Below are positions 9,509 through 28,434 of a stretch of DNA of 38,247 nt, piece by piece. Each line of letters opens with the position of its first letter. Within the stretch, counting starts at the first letter, position 1. Source of the DNA: Puniceicoccaceae bacterium. GTDB lineage: Bacteria > Verrucomicrobiota > Verrucomicrobiia > Opitutales > Coraliomargaritaceae. The notes under the pieces were generated by a model, which made no database searches, was not told the DNA's origin, and saw only the letters and a program-made list of their open reading frames with translations. A program made the position numbers and the translations under genes. The stretch spans positions 1 to 38,247 of the forward strand of contig PXBU01000102.1 in the NCBI GenBank assembly GCA_003566795.1, read 5' to 3'.

Positions 9509-10498
9509 ATGCCAAAAAAGAGACAGCCATCAGCCGAAGAGGAGGGACCCAAAGCCAAGACGATGTATACCATCAAGCTCAACGACGAGCAGATGGACAA
9601 GCTGGCCGAATACCTGGAAGCGGATAACCAAGGGCCGTGGTTTCCTTATGAGGTGGCCTACTCGCTGTTTGCCTTCAAAGGAGAGAAGGTCAATGTGGTT
9701 GGCTATCAGAGCGGGAAGTTAGTGGTCTCCGGCAAGAAAACGGAAGAGTTTGTGCAAAATATTCTGGAGGCTGAAATTACCGGTGATCCGCGGCTCGGCT
9801 ATGATGAGGTGCATCATCCCGAATGGTTTGAACTGCATGCCGGCTGCGACGAGAGTGGCAAGGGTGACCTGTTTGGTCCGCTGGTGACGGCCTGCGTGGT
9901 CGCCGATGGCGACATGGTCCGGAAGTGGATCGAACTGGGGGTGGCCGACAGTAAGAAATTGACCGACAGCAGCATTCTGAAGCTGGACAAGGAAATCCGG
10001 AATACCAAGGGCGTAGTCTTTAAAACGGCTTTCGCCCGGATGCCGAAATACAACGAACTCTACAATAAATTTGACCGAAATTTAAACAAACTGCTGGCCT
10101 GGTATCATAGCAAATCTCTGATCAGCGCGTTGGACGAGCGACCTGCCCCATGGGGACTACTGGACCAGTTTACCAAACAAAAACTGGTGGACGCCTATGT
10201 GAAGGACCGCCAAGACTTCAAGTTGATTAGCCGGACCAAGGCGGAGTCCGACCCGGTGGTGGCCGCTGCCTCCATCGTAGCGCGGGCAGTTTATGTGCGG
10301 GAAATGCATCGACTCTCGCGGGAAGCGGGCGAGCCGCTGGCCAAGGGTGCGGGGGGCAAGGTGCTGGCGCAGGCAAAGCAGATTGTCGCTGAAAAGGGGG
10401 CAGCTGCCTTGAGTCAATTCGCCAAGATGCACTTTAAGACGGCCTACGAAGCCCAGGGCTTGGAGCCGCCGGCCAAGCCCAGTTGGTATAAGTATTAA
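9509..10498 (+). CDS. rnhC: Ribonuclease HIII
   Basis: N-terminal TBP-like domain (YQSGKLVVSGK), then GCDESGKGDLFGPLV, DSKKL, KAESDPVVAAASIVAR and AKMHFKT. Confidence 0.93.
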   Translation: MPKKRQPSAEEEGPKAKTMYTIKLNDEQMDKLAEYLEADNQGPWFPYEVAYSLFAFKGEKVNVVGYQSGKLVVSGKKTEEFVQNILEAEITGDPRLGYDEVHHPEWFELHAGCDESGKGDLFGPLVTACVVADGDMVRKWIELGVADSKKLTDSSILKLDKEIRNTKGVVFKTAFARMPKYNELYNKFDRNLNKLLAWYHSKSLISALDERPAPWGLLDQFTKQKLVDAYVKDRQDFKLISRTKAESDPVVAAASIVARAVYVREMHRLSREAGEPLAKGAGGKVLAQAKQIVAEKGAAALSQFAKMHFKTAYEAQGLEPPAKPSWYKY

Positions 10499-10556
10499 AG
10501 TTCATTTTCTGCTGATTTCGATCCATCTGAAAGGCTAGATTTCGAGTATTCCCAAG

Positions 10557-10721
10557 ATGAAGGAAGTCGTTCTCACAAAACCTCCCTACATGAACGCGTC
10601 GGAGCAGCGCAACGCCGACATGCATAGCCTGCTCAACATTCTCAATGTTCTGGTCGGAGAGTTGTCCTTGATTGTGCCGAATATCGAACTCCCCGCGTAT
10701 CCCGTGAACTGGACCATCTGA
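10557..10721 (+). CDS. 54-aa small ORF, possible gene remnant, coupled to rnhB
   Basis: MKEVVLTKPPYMNASEQRNADMHSLLNILNVLVGELSLIVPNIELPAYPVNWTI*. The stop overlaps the rnhB start (TGATG). It is shorter than any ORF in the supplied track. Confidence 0.5.
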   Translation: MKEVVLTKPPYMNASEQRNADMHSLLNILNVLVGELSLIVPNIELPAYPVNWTI

Positions 10722-11446
10722 TGGAGCTAAATGCATTGCAGCGATACGACGCGGATCTGCTGGCGGGGCATAAATACCTGATCGGGGTCGACGAAGCGGG
10801 CAGGGGCGCATTGGCCGGGCCGGTGGTCGCGGCGGCATGTGTGTTCGAGTGTTCGTTTTTTGAGTCTCACGAAGCAGTCGCTCTATCCGCCCGGATCAAC
10901 GATTCGAAGCAGCTTCGCGCGGGTGCCCGCGATTTGTCTTTCAAGCAGATCGAGCAATTACGATCTGCCGGGCTGCTTGATTTTGCCGCCGCCGCAGCAT
11001 CCGTGCCGGAAATCGCGGAATTAAATATACTCGGTGCCACACGGCTGGCCATGCGCAGAGCTGTCGAGGAACTGGCGCAGCGAACGACAAACTGGGTGCT
11101 GCCCGAGGCCGCCGCAGCGGGCCCCCTGTTTTCTGCGGAGCGCGCGGTAAAGCTCGCCGTTGATGGACGCGCCTTAAAGCCTTTTCCCTACACGCATCAA
11201 GGTATCGTCAAAGGCGACAGCAAATCGCTGGCGATTGCGATGGCCAGTATTGTGGCGAAGGTGACGAGAGATCGTGAACTACTGCAGCTTGCCACACAAT
11301 ATCCCGAATATGGTTTTGATCAGCACAAGGGCTATGCGACTCAGGGTCACCGCCGGGCGATTCTTGCTCAAGGTGCGGTTCCAGTGCATCGCGAGCGTTT
11401 TCTGCGCAACTTAGTTGCATCGAAAGATGCCAGCCCTCACCTTTGA
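10721..11446 (+). CDS. rnhB: Ribonuclease HII
   Basis: IGVDEAGRGALAGPVVAAA, NDSKQL, NILGAT, VKGD.KS.AIAMASIVAKVTRD and YGFDQHKGY.T..H. Confidence 0.95.
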   Translation: MELNALQRYDADLLAGHKYLIGVDEAGRGALAGPVVAAACVFECSFFESHEAVALSARINDSKQLRAGARDLSFKQIEQLRSAGLLDFAAAAASVPEIAELNILGATRLAMRRAVEELAQRTTNWVLPEAAAAGPLFSAERAVKLAVDGRALKPFPYTHQGIVKGDSKSLAIAMASIVAKVTRDRELLQLATQYPEYGFDQHKGYATQGHRRAILAQGAVPVHRERFLRNLVASKDASPHL

Positions 11447-11524
11447 ACCAGAGCTCATTTAAACCAGCTTTTGGCCGGGGTCGGCAGAGACTTTTGGGGT
11501 AAGCGTATTTTTTGCAAATAAGTG

Positions 11525-11553
11525 TTGACTGACTCTGTTGCGAGGCGCACTTT
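11525..11553 (+). promoter_or_regulatory. Probable sigma70-type promoter of the tRNA-Thr-tuf operon
   Basis: TTGACT-N17-CACTTT, preceded by an AT-rich tract and followed by a GC-rich discriminator-like CGCGGGC. Confidence 0.45.
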
Positions 11554-11631
11554 CGCGGGCTTTCCATTTTCCAGTCGCATTCCTGCGGGTGGATTCAGGC
11601 TCTTTACATCTCCTTTTCAAATGTGCTAGTT

Positions 11632-11706
<75 letters not shown>

Positions 11707-11762
11707 CTTAGAAAAGACAACAAACAACACCCGAAAATCTCTCATTAACAACTAACATCCAT

Positions 11763-12954
<1,192 letters not shown>

Positions 12955-12983
12955 CATCGGCCAAGGCGTTTTCCTCCAGTTTC

Positions 12984-13012
12984 GCCGAGGGCTCTGAAAT
13001 GGAGCCCTCGGC
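12984..13012 (+). terminator. Stem-loop after tuf (terminator or processing signal)
   Basis: GCCGAGGGCTC-TGAAATG-GAGCCCTCGGC is a perfect 11-bp stem with only a weak U-tail. Confidence 0.55.
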
Positions 13013-13046
13013 TTCGCTGTCTTAATAGTTACTAAGTATAAATTTT

Positions 13047-13122
<76 letters not shown>

Positions 13123-13134
13123 CTTTTTAATTTC

Positions 13135-13338
13135 ATGAAAAACCCGTTCTCCAGCATTCGTCTCTTTTACAAAGAGATGATGACCGAATTAAGGAAAGCC
13201 TCTTGGCCTTCCAAAACCGAACTGCGTGATTCCACCATCGTCGTCCTGATTGCGACGGTGATTCTGGGTTCTTTCATCGCACTCACTGACTTTTCGCTGA
13301 TGAACGGGGTTGAACTTTTGACCTCATGGGTTCGGTAG
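13135..13338 (+). CDS. secE: Preprotein translocase subunit SecE
   Basis: ELRKASWPSKTEL followed by a single TM helix, between tRNA-Trp and nusG. True start is ATG 13135 (the longer ORF overlaps the tRNA). Confidence 0.95.
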   Translation: MKNPFSSIRLFYKEMMTELRKASWPSKTELRDSTIVVLIATVILGSFIALTDFSLMNGVELLTSWVR

Positions 13339-13401
13339 CAGTGGCAACACCGCCTCGACTCGTCTCCTCTCATTCTTAACGATCTCTCCCATCCAGAAAC
13401 A

Positions 13402-13981
<580 letters not shown>

Positions 13982-13986
13982 CCGCT

Positions 13987-14412
13987 ATGTCTAAGAAAGT
14001 CGTAGGAGAAATCCGTTTACAATTGCCTGCTGGTTCCGCTAATCCGGCGCCGCCCGTGGGTCCCGCACTCGGTGCGCAAGGCGTTAATATCATGGGCTTC
14101 TGTAAGGAGTTCAATGCCAAGACCAAGGATCAGGCCGGCATGATTTTGCCGACTGTGATCACAGTCTATGCGGACCGCTCGTTCTCATTTATTCTTAAGT
14201 CACCACCCGCAGCGATTCTGCTTAAGAAGGCAGCCGGTATCGCCAAAGGCTCCGGTGTCCCGAATAAGGACAAAGTCGGCACCGTGACCCGCAAGCAGGT
14301 TTTGGAAATCTGCGAGACCAAGAAAAACGACCTCAATGCCAAGGATGAGGATGCCGCGTTCAACATCATTGCCGGCACTGCCCGTTCCATGGGACTGGAA
14401 GTCGTTGACTGA
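13987..14412 (+). CDS. rplK: 50S ribosomal protein L11
   Basis: [22 protein letters not shown] and IAGTARSMG. Confidence 0.99.
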   Translation: MSKKVVGEIRLQLPAGSANPAPPVGPALGAQGVNIMGFCKEFNAKTKDQAGMILPTVITVYADRSFSFILKSPPAAILLKKAAGIAKGSGVPNKDKVGTVTRKQVLEICETKKNDLNAKDEDAAFNIIAGTARSMGLEVVD

Positions 14413-14465
14413 TTTTTCCGAGGCACGGTAATCGTGCTTTCTCCTAAACAACTAGAGATATAATC

Positions 14466-15170
14466 ATGGCCACCCAGCAAATTAAGGGAAGCAAACGCTA
14501 CCGTTCGGCCGTCGAAATGACGGACCTGACGAAGACTTACTCGGTCGAAGAAGCGTCTGCGTTACTCACTAAACTACCGAAGGCGAAGTTCGACGAGACC
14601 GTCGAGATTTATGCCCACCTTACGGTTGATCCTCGCAAAAGCGACCAGATGGTCCGCGGCACGCTCTCGCTTCCGAATGGCAGCGGTAAGACAGTCCGTG
14701 TTATCGTCTTCACTGAAAATCCGGACGAAGCCCTTGAGGCGGGTGCCGAAGAAGCCGGGCTCGATGAGCTGATCGAAAAGGTCGCCGGCGGGTGGATCGA
14801 CTTCGATGTCGCCATTGCGACCACCAGTGCGATGAAGAGCGTCCGTAAGGTTGCCCGCGTGCTGGGCCCCCGGGGACTGATGCCCAATCCGAAATCCGGC
14901 ACCGTGACCGACGATATACCTGCGGGAATCAAGGAAGTCAAAGGCGGACGTGTTGAGTTTAAAATGGATAAGACCGCCAATGTCGCGGTTGTTGTCGGCA
15001 AACGTTCCTTCTCCCCGGAAAGCCTGACGGAAAACGCCGAAGCGGCCATCAAAGCGCTGGTCAATGCCAAGCCTGATTCGGCCTCCGGCAAGTTCATTAA
15101 GAGCTTGAGCCTCAGCGCCACTATGAGCCCCGGCATTTCGATTAATCCGGCACCCTACAACAAGAGCTAA
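14466..15170 (+). CDS. rplA: 50S ribosomal protein L1
   Basis: KFDETVE, DPRKSDQMVRG and LGPRGLMPNPKSGTVT. Confidence 0.99.
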   Translation: MATQQIKGSKRYRSAVEMTDLTKTYSVEEASALLTKLPKAKFDETVEIYAHLTVDPRKSDQMVRGTLSLPNGSGKTVRVIVFTENPDEALEAGAEEAGLDELIEKVAGGWIDFDVAIATTSAMKSVRKVARVLGPRGLMPNPKSGTVTDDIPAGIKEVKGGRVEFKMDKTANVAVVVGKRSFSPESLTENAEAAIKALVNAKPDSASGKFIKSLSLSATMSPGISINPAPYNKS

Positions 15171-15184
15171 GGAGGGACACACGA

Positions 15185-15703
15185 ATGAGACCAGAAAAAA
15201 AATATCTTGTAGACGAGGTTAACAATCACCTCGGAAAGTCCGATTACGTTTATCTCGCGAATTACGAGCGTATCACTGTCGACGAAACTGCTGAGCTGCG
15301 CGCGGCACTCGCCGAGCACGATGCCGAGTTCCACGTGGTGAAGAACACGATCTTCGGTGTCGCTGCTGCGGAAAAGGAGCTCCCTGATTTCAGCGAGCAC
15401 CTGAGTGGCCCGACGGCCATCATCGTCGGCGGCAACAACCCGGCCGGTGTCGCTAAAGCCTTGACCAAGTTTTTCAAGGACAAGGAAAAAGTCGACCTCA
15501 AGGTCGGCTTGCTGGGCGACAAGGCCCTGTCCAAGGAGCAAATCGAGCAATTGGCCAAGTTGCCGGGCCTCGAATCGCTTCGTGCGCAATTACTCGGATT
15601 GCTGTCACAGCCCGGAACCGGCCTCGTTCGCGTTCTTAACGCTGTCCCACAAAGCGTTCTCAATGTGCTGCAAGCCAAAGTGCGTGCAGAGGGCGGGGAA
15701 TAA
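15185..15703 (+). CDS. rplJ: 50S ribosomal protein L10
   Basis: LR..L......F.VVKNT, L.GPTAI and LAKLP..E.LRAQLLG, plus synteny. Confidence 0.97.
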   Translation: MRPEKKYLVDEVNNHLGKSDYVYLANYERITVDETAELRAALAEHDAEFHVVKNTIFGVAAAEKELPDFSEHLSGPTAIIVGGNNPAGVAKALTKFFKDKEKVDLKVGLLGDKALSKEQIEQLAKLPGLESLRAQLLGLLSQPGTGLVRVLNAVPQSVLNVLQAKVRAEGGE

Positions 15704-15777
15704 TCAAAACATCAATCAAGGTACACTTTTTGCTGCTGTTTAACTGCGGCGGCCAAAAACAAAATAACCAAAAATCC

Positions 15778-15827
15778 GGTTAGGAGGAATTCGCCTCTTA
15801 AATGTCGCCGACGCGGGGACGCTAACC
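15778..15827 (+). promoter_or_regulatory. Predicted three-way-junction RNA in the rplJ-rplL spacer
   Basis: P1 GGTTAG/CTAACC, P2 GAGG/CCTC, linker TTAAAT, P3 GTC.CCG/CGG.GAC, immediately upstream of the rplL ribosome-binding site. Confidence 0.45.
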
Positions 15828-15846
15828 AATTGAAAGGTAAAACATC

Positions 15847-16230
15847 ATGGCAGATATCACAAAAGAACAAGTCGTCGAGTGGCTGAGCGCACAAACCGTG
15901 CTGGAAGTCGCCGATCTGGTAAAAGAACTCGAAGAGAAGTGGGGCGTTAGCGCTGCGGCTCCTGTTGCTGTCGCTGCTGGCGGCGCTCCTGCTGGCGGCG
16001 AAGAACCCGTTGAGGAGAAGGATGAGTTCGATGTCATCCTCAAGGCTGCTGGCTCGAATAAAATCGGTGCCATTAAGGAAGTACGTGCCATCACTGGTCT
16101 CGGACTCAAGGAAGCCAAGGAACTCGTCGAAAGCGCACCGAAGCCGGTTAAGGAAGGTGTCTCCAAGGACGAAGCTGAAGAGCTCAAGAAGAAGCTCGAA
16201 GCTGCCGGTGCCGAAGTCGAACTGAAATAA
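15847..16230 (+). CDS. rplL: 50S ribosomal protein L7/L12
   Basis: [24 protein letters not shown] and [20 protein letters not shown]. Confidence 0.99.
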   Translation: MADITKEQVVEWLSAQTVLEVADLVKELEEKWGVSAAAPVAVAAGGAPAGGEEPVEEKDEFDVILKAAGSNKIGAIKEVRAITGLGLKEAKELVESAPKPVKEGVSKDEAEELKKKLEAAGAEVELK

Positions 16231-16275
16231 TCACGGAACAACTCCGCATTATACATTCGTTCAAATTACATTCAC

Positions 16276-16329
16276 GCAGTTAGGTGAGTCCCGACCAGAA
16301 ATTGGTCGGGGCCTTGCCTAGCTGTTTTT
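16276..16329 (+). terminator. Long hairpin plus U-tract between rplL and rpoB (attenuator/terminator)
   Basis: CAGTTAGGTGAG-TCCCGACCA-GAAAT-TGGTCGGGG-CCTTGCCTAGCTG followed by TTTTT. Confidence 0.65.
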
Positions 16330-16402
16330 CTCTTTCTGCCGCTTTACCACGGCAACTCCCAGGAAATTCTAAACAATCAAACCGTTAAACGGATCGAGCA
16401 TC

Positions 16403-20197
<3,795 letters not shown>

Positions 20198-20238
20198 GGA
20201 CTCCTATTTACGCAACATTTCAAAAAAAGTTTTATACT

Positions 20239-24477
<4,239 letters not shown>

Positions 24478-24507
24478 CCGCTTGATCAGTCAAGTAACCT
24501 TTCAAAC

Positions 24508-24537
24508 AAAAGCCCGCTCCTCCGAGCGGGCTTTTTT
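24508..24537 (+). terminator. Intrinsic terminator after rpoC (potentially bidirectional)
   Basis: AAAAGCCCGCTC-CTCC-GAGCGGGCTTTTTT. Confidence 0.9.
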
Positions 24538-24615
24538 GCGGGCCGTGATGCTCGAGAATGGAAGTGAGAGTCACTGCTGTCCAAAAGTAAACGGACTTTT
24601 GTGAATAGAGGTGTG

Positions 24616-24767
24616 ATGACGCATTTACTCGACACCTCGGTCTATTCGCAGCGTTTGACATGCTGATCGGTGCCACCGCTCTCGCGAACAATCTCAAGCT
24701 CGCTACGCTCAACATCAGGAACTTTGCCAAAATCCCCGGGCTCGGGGTGGAGGATCGGACTCAATAG
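24616..24767 (+). pseudogene. vapC: Internally deleted VapC/PIN-domain toxin gene
   Basis: One frame reads MTHLLDTSVYSQRL (PIN N-terminus). A second frame continues FDMLIGATALANNLKLATLNIRNFAKIPGLGVED (PIN C-terminus). The middle of the gene is absent and the junction is out of frame. Confidence 0.8.
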
Positions 24768-24898
24768 CCTTGGACCTCTCGGCATGTGTCATTCTGGGCT
24801 TGCATGCCGTGGGTAAAATTGAAGGGTTTTGCTTTTCGCGCTCGTCAATGAGCTATTGGAAACTGTTCAGCCACAATTAAACCAGCCTGCGCGCCATC

Positions 24899-26710
24899 AT
24901 GGATTCCGAAGACACCGCACCGATCTCAACCAATCAATCCAGGGCACAGCTCACGTTGCGTGCCGTGCTTACTGGCATGGCTTTTGGGAGTATTCTCTCG
25001 CTGTGTAATCTATACGTCGGTCTCAAGATTGGGTGGGGGATTGGGATGTCGCTCACCGCGGCATTGCTCGCCTTCGGAACCTGGCAAATCCTGCAAAAGA
25101 CCGGACGCTGCCAGGGACTCTCGATCCTCGAAACGAACATCAGCCAAACCGCCGCCTCTGCCGCCGCCTCCATTTCGGGTGCCGGCCTCATTGCTGCTAT
25201 TCCGGCCCTGACGATTTTGACCGGGCAAACGATGTCCTGGGGCACGCTCGTGCTTTGGACCTCCTCTGTTTGCGCGGTGGGTGTCGTCGTCTCGATTGGC
25301 CTGCGTAAGCAATTGATCGAGGTGGACAAATTACCCTTCCCGAGTGGTTTTGCTACCGGTAAGACCTTGCAGGAGCTTTACAATCACGGGAGCGATGCGG
25401 CGGTAAGGCTGCAACTACTGGGAGGCATGGCACTCATTTCCGCCAGTGTTAAGTTTGCCGAGCACTTTGATTATCTCAAGCGGATCGCGGTTCCCGGTTG
25501 GATCAGTGCCCGCCCGGGGGGTGGGCTGGAAAAGGCCGGTGTGGCAGGTTACGCCCCGGCTAATCTTGGTATATCGATTGAGCCGACTTTAATGATGTAT
25601 GGCGTAGGTGCCATCGTCGGCCCACGGGGGGGTTTATCTGTGCTACTCGGTGCCGTTTGCTCATGGGCCGTGTTGGCTCCGATTGTCTTCGAGGCTGGCT
25701 GGGCGGTGCCGGGTGCTCCGGGCCAATCGTGGTTCAATAATGGTCTGAGCTGGCTGCTCTGGCCCGGGGTCGCGATTATGGTCTCCTCCGCCCTGACCTC
25801 ATTTGCCTTCTCCTGGAAGTCGATCATAAAGGCTTTCAAGCCACTGAGTAAGGAGGAGGCCGCTGCGGTGCCCCCGGGCTCCGAAGTCATTCCGAAAAAA
25901 TGGTTTATCGCCGCCTTGGTTGCGGTCACTGCTCTGTCGGTGATCCTGCAAACGGTTCTCTTCGGAATCACGCCGATGTTGGCCATCTTCGGCGTGCTGC
26001 TGACTTTCATGCTCGCGCTGGTGGCGGCGCGGGTCGCCGGCGAGGTCAACGTCACTCCTGTCACTGCGATGGGTAAGGTCACTCAGTTGACCTTTGCCAT
26101 AATTGCACCGGCCAATCCGGCCTCGAATCTGATGGTGGCCAACGTGACCGGGGGTGCGGCCGGACTTTGCGCGGATATGATGCATGACCTCAAAGCGGGC
26201 AAAATACTCGGCGCTGATCCGCGTCCGCAATATATTGCCCAGTTCTGCGGCGTGTTGGCGGGGGCGTTGGTGGGTTGCGCGGGCTATCTGATTCTCATTC
26301 CGGATCCGGCTAATCAGCTCTTCACCGAGCAATGGCCTGCGCCCAGCGTTACTGCCTGGATGTCGGTTGCCCAGCTGTTTATGGATGGCCTCGATGCCTT
26401 GCCCACCGGTGCCGTCGAAGCCATGACTATCGGTGCTTGCCTGGGTATCTTGCTGGCGGTGGCTGAACGCATCCTGCCAGGTAAGGCCCGCAATTGGGTG
26501 CCGAGTGGGCCGAGCATGGGCCTGGCCTTCCTGATCTCACCAGCTATCTCCTTCGCGCTTTTCCTCGGCTCGATGGCCGCGCTGCTTATTGGTAAAATCA
26601 CCCCAAATTGGAGCACGAAATTTATGATTATAGCGGCCTCTGGCATCATCGCGGGAGAAAGTCTCTCGGGGATATTCCTCGCGCTAATTGCCGTCCTTTC
26701 AGGTGGCTGA
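24899..26710 (+). CDS. OPT/YSL family oligopeptide or metal-chelate transporter
   Basis: [47 protein letters not shown] and many TM helices. Confidence 0.92.
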   Translation: MDSEDTAPISTNQSRAQLTLRAVLTGMAFGSILSLCNLYVGLKIGWGIGMSLTAALLAFGTWQILQKTGRCQGLSILETNISQTAASAAASISGAGLIAAIPALTILTGQTMSWGTLVLWTSSVCAVGVVVSIGLRKQLIEVDKLPFPSGFATGKTLQELYNHGSDAAVRLQLLGGMALISASVKFAEHFDYLKRIAVPGWISARPGGGLEKAGVAGYAPANLGISIEPTLMMYGVGAIVGPRGGLSVLLGAVCSWAVLAPIVFEAGWAVPGAPGQSWFNNGLSWLLWPGVAIMVSSALTSFAFSWKSIIKAFKPLSKEEAAAVPPGSEVIPKKWFIAALVAVTALSVILQTVLFGITPMLAIFGVLLTFMLALVAARVAGEVNVTPVTAMGKVTQLTFAIIAPANPASNLMVANVTGGAAGLCADMMHDLKAGKILGADPRPQYIAQFCGVLAGALVGCAGYLILIPDPANQLFTEQWPAPSVTAWMSVAQLFMDGLDALPTGAVEAMTIGACLGILLAVAERILPGKARNWVPSGPSMGLAFLISPAISFALFLGSMAALLIGKITPNWSTKFMIIAASGIIAGESLSGIFLALIAVLSGG

Positions 26711-26744
26711 GCCGTTTAAGTTTATTCAAACCCCATTAAATAAA

Positions 26745-28220
26745 ATGCCCATTAATACCAGGCTCTTACTCTCGACCATGATGTTCCTCCAGTTTTTTAT
26801 CTGGGGGGCATGGTATGTCACGGCACCCAACTATCTGGGGACGATCGGCTTCACCGGCACTGATTTTGGCTGGACTTACTCGGTGGGTCCGATCGCCGGC
26901 ATGCTGACACCGTTTTTTGTCGGCATGGTGGCCGACCGGTTTTTTTCGGCCCAGCGAGTGTTGGGAGTGATGCACATCACCGGTGGGCTCCTGATGTATG
27001 TCGCGACCTTTCTGATGAACTCAGGGGCGACTCCGGCAGCGATCAACTGGATCTTTTTCGGCTACATGCTGGCTTACTTCCCGACCATCGCCTTAGCCAA
27101 TACCATCGCCATGCGTAATATGGAGGATTCCGAGAAAGAGTTTCCGGCGATCCGGGTGCTTGGGACGATCGGCTGGATCACCGCCGGGGTGGTCCTGTCC
27201 TACCTCGGATGGGGCACTCAGATTAATATGTTCTATCTGGTAGCCGCGTCGTCGATCCTGTTGGGTGTCTATAGTTTCTTTTTGCCCGATACGCCCCCCA
27301 GCCCCCAGAAGAGTGTCTCTGTTCGCGAGGTGTTGGGCCTGGATGCTCTGGTGCTGCTGAAAAACCGCTCCTATCTGGTCTTTCTGATCAGCTCGCTGCT
27401 GATCTGTATCCCGCTGGCGTTTTACTATCAGATTGCTAGCCGGGTGGTGGAAATGTCGAGCTTTGAGAGCTTCGGCTTTATTCAGTCGATCAAAGATCTG
27501 CTCAAAATGGGGGATGTTATCGGGGCGACCATGTCGCTCGGCCAGGTGTCGGAAATTGTCTTTATGCTGGTCATGCCTTTCTTTTTCAAGCGGCTCGGGG
27601 TCAAATGGATGCTGACGATCGGGATGCTGGCATGGGTGGCACGCTATGCGCTCTTTGCCTTGGGTGCACCGGATCAGGTGCGCTGGATGATCCTGGTCGG
27701 CATTGTGCTACACGGGATCTGCTATGACTTCTTCTTTGTGACCGGCCAAATTTACACCGACCGCGTCGCACCCAAGCGAATCCGGGGGCAGGCGCAGGGC
27801 TTGCTGGTTCTATTCACATTGGGGATCGGCATGTTCATCGGTGCCCAGATCGCCGGACGGGTCGAAGCCATGCACACGCCGCCGGCCTCAGTGCATATTT
27901 CTGAAGTGTTCCCGGAAAAAGGAGCGGAAATCCAAGCGCTGGAAGCCACTCTGGCGAACGCTAGTGATGATGCCCGTCGGGCGGCGCGTGATGAGTTGTC
28001 GGGGGCGCTGGCTTCACTGCGTGCATCGGTCAGCGAAGAGGAGCGGCATGCGCTCCGCCAGGCGGAGCTCAAAGCGATCGATTGGCGACCGCTCTGGGCC
28101 ACGCCTGCGATCTTTGCCGCAGTCGTCATGTTGATCTTTATGTTCCTGTTTAAGGATAATCGCCGGGAGGAGCCGAGCGCGCAGGAACTCGTCCCTGACG
28201 AGCCCAACCCAGTGCCTTAA
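26745..28220 (+). CDS. MFS transporter, nucleoside:H+ symporter (NupG/XapB/YegT-like) family
   Basis: [39 protein letters not shown] and [16 protein letters not shown]. Start at ATG 26745. Confidence 0.9.
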   Translation: MPINTRLLLSTMMFLQFFIWGAWYVTAPNYLGTIGFTGTDFGWTYSVGPIAGMLTPFFVGMVADRFFSAQRVLGVMHITGGLLMYVATFLMNSGATPAAINWIFFGYMLAYFPTIALANTIAMRNMEDSEKEFPAIRVLGTIGWITAGVVLSYLGWGTQINMFYLVAASSILLGVYSFFLPDTPPSPQKSVSVREVLGLDALVLLKNRSYLVFLISSLLICIPLAFYYQIASRVVEMSSFESFGFIQSIKDLLKMGDVIGATMSLGQVSEIVFMLVMPFFFKRLGVKWMLTIGMLAWVARYALFALGAPDQVRWMILVGIVLHGICYDFFFVTGQIYTDRVAPKRIRGQAQGLLVLFTLGIGMFIGAQIAGRVEAMHTPPASVHISEVFPEKGAEIQALEATLANASDDARRAARDELSGALASLRASVSEEERHALRQAELKAIDWRPLWATPAIFAAVVMLIFMFLFKDNRREEPSAQELVPDEPNPVP

Positions 28221-28270
28221 GTTCGGGCGTAAGGGGAGTCGCATCACGTAAGTTTTTAACAAAAGATCAC

Positions 28271-28350
28271 TTAGCGACTGGCTTTACGCCAGGATCGAGC
28301 CTTCGTGCATAGAGTGCCCGTTCTGATCGAGGGATAAACCCTCTCGCTAC
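28271..28350. repeat. Inverted GTAG-hairpin doublet (REPIN-like)
   Basis: Plus strand TTAG-CGACTGGC-TTTAC-GCCAGGATCG; minus strand GTAG-CGAGAGGG-TTTA-TCCCTCG. 80 bp, intergenic. Confidence 0.55.
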
Positions 28351-28434
28351 GAGGGCTGAAAGAATATCTGACCCATTACCAAGGAACTTAACAGCATAAT
28401 CGCAATCTCAGAATTTCTAGTTGTGTTTCGAGCT

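Noticed and set aside
10499-10720. Possible 6S or other ncRNA between rnhC and rnhB
   Set aside because: No long irregular hairpin is apparent, and a translationally coupled small ORF fits better.
13335-13355. GTAG followed by a GCAA-loop hairpin at the secE stop
   Set aside because: The stem is short, there is no inverted partner, and it lies inside a core operon. It is more likely an ordinary mRNA hairpin than a REP.
14420-14440. Hairpin between rplK and rplA as an L1-binding site
   Set aside because: The stem is present but the internal-loop signature of L1 sites could not be identified.
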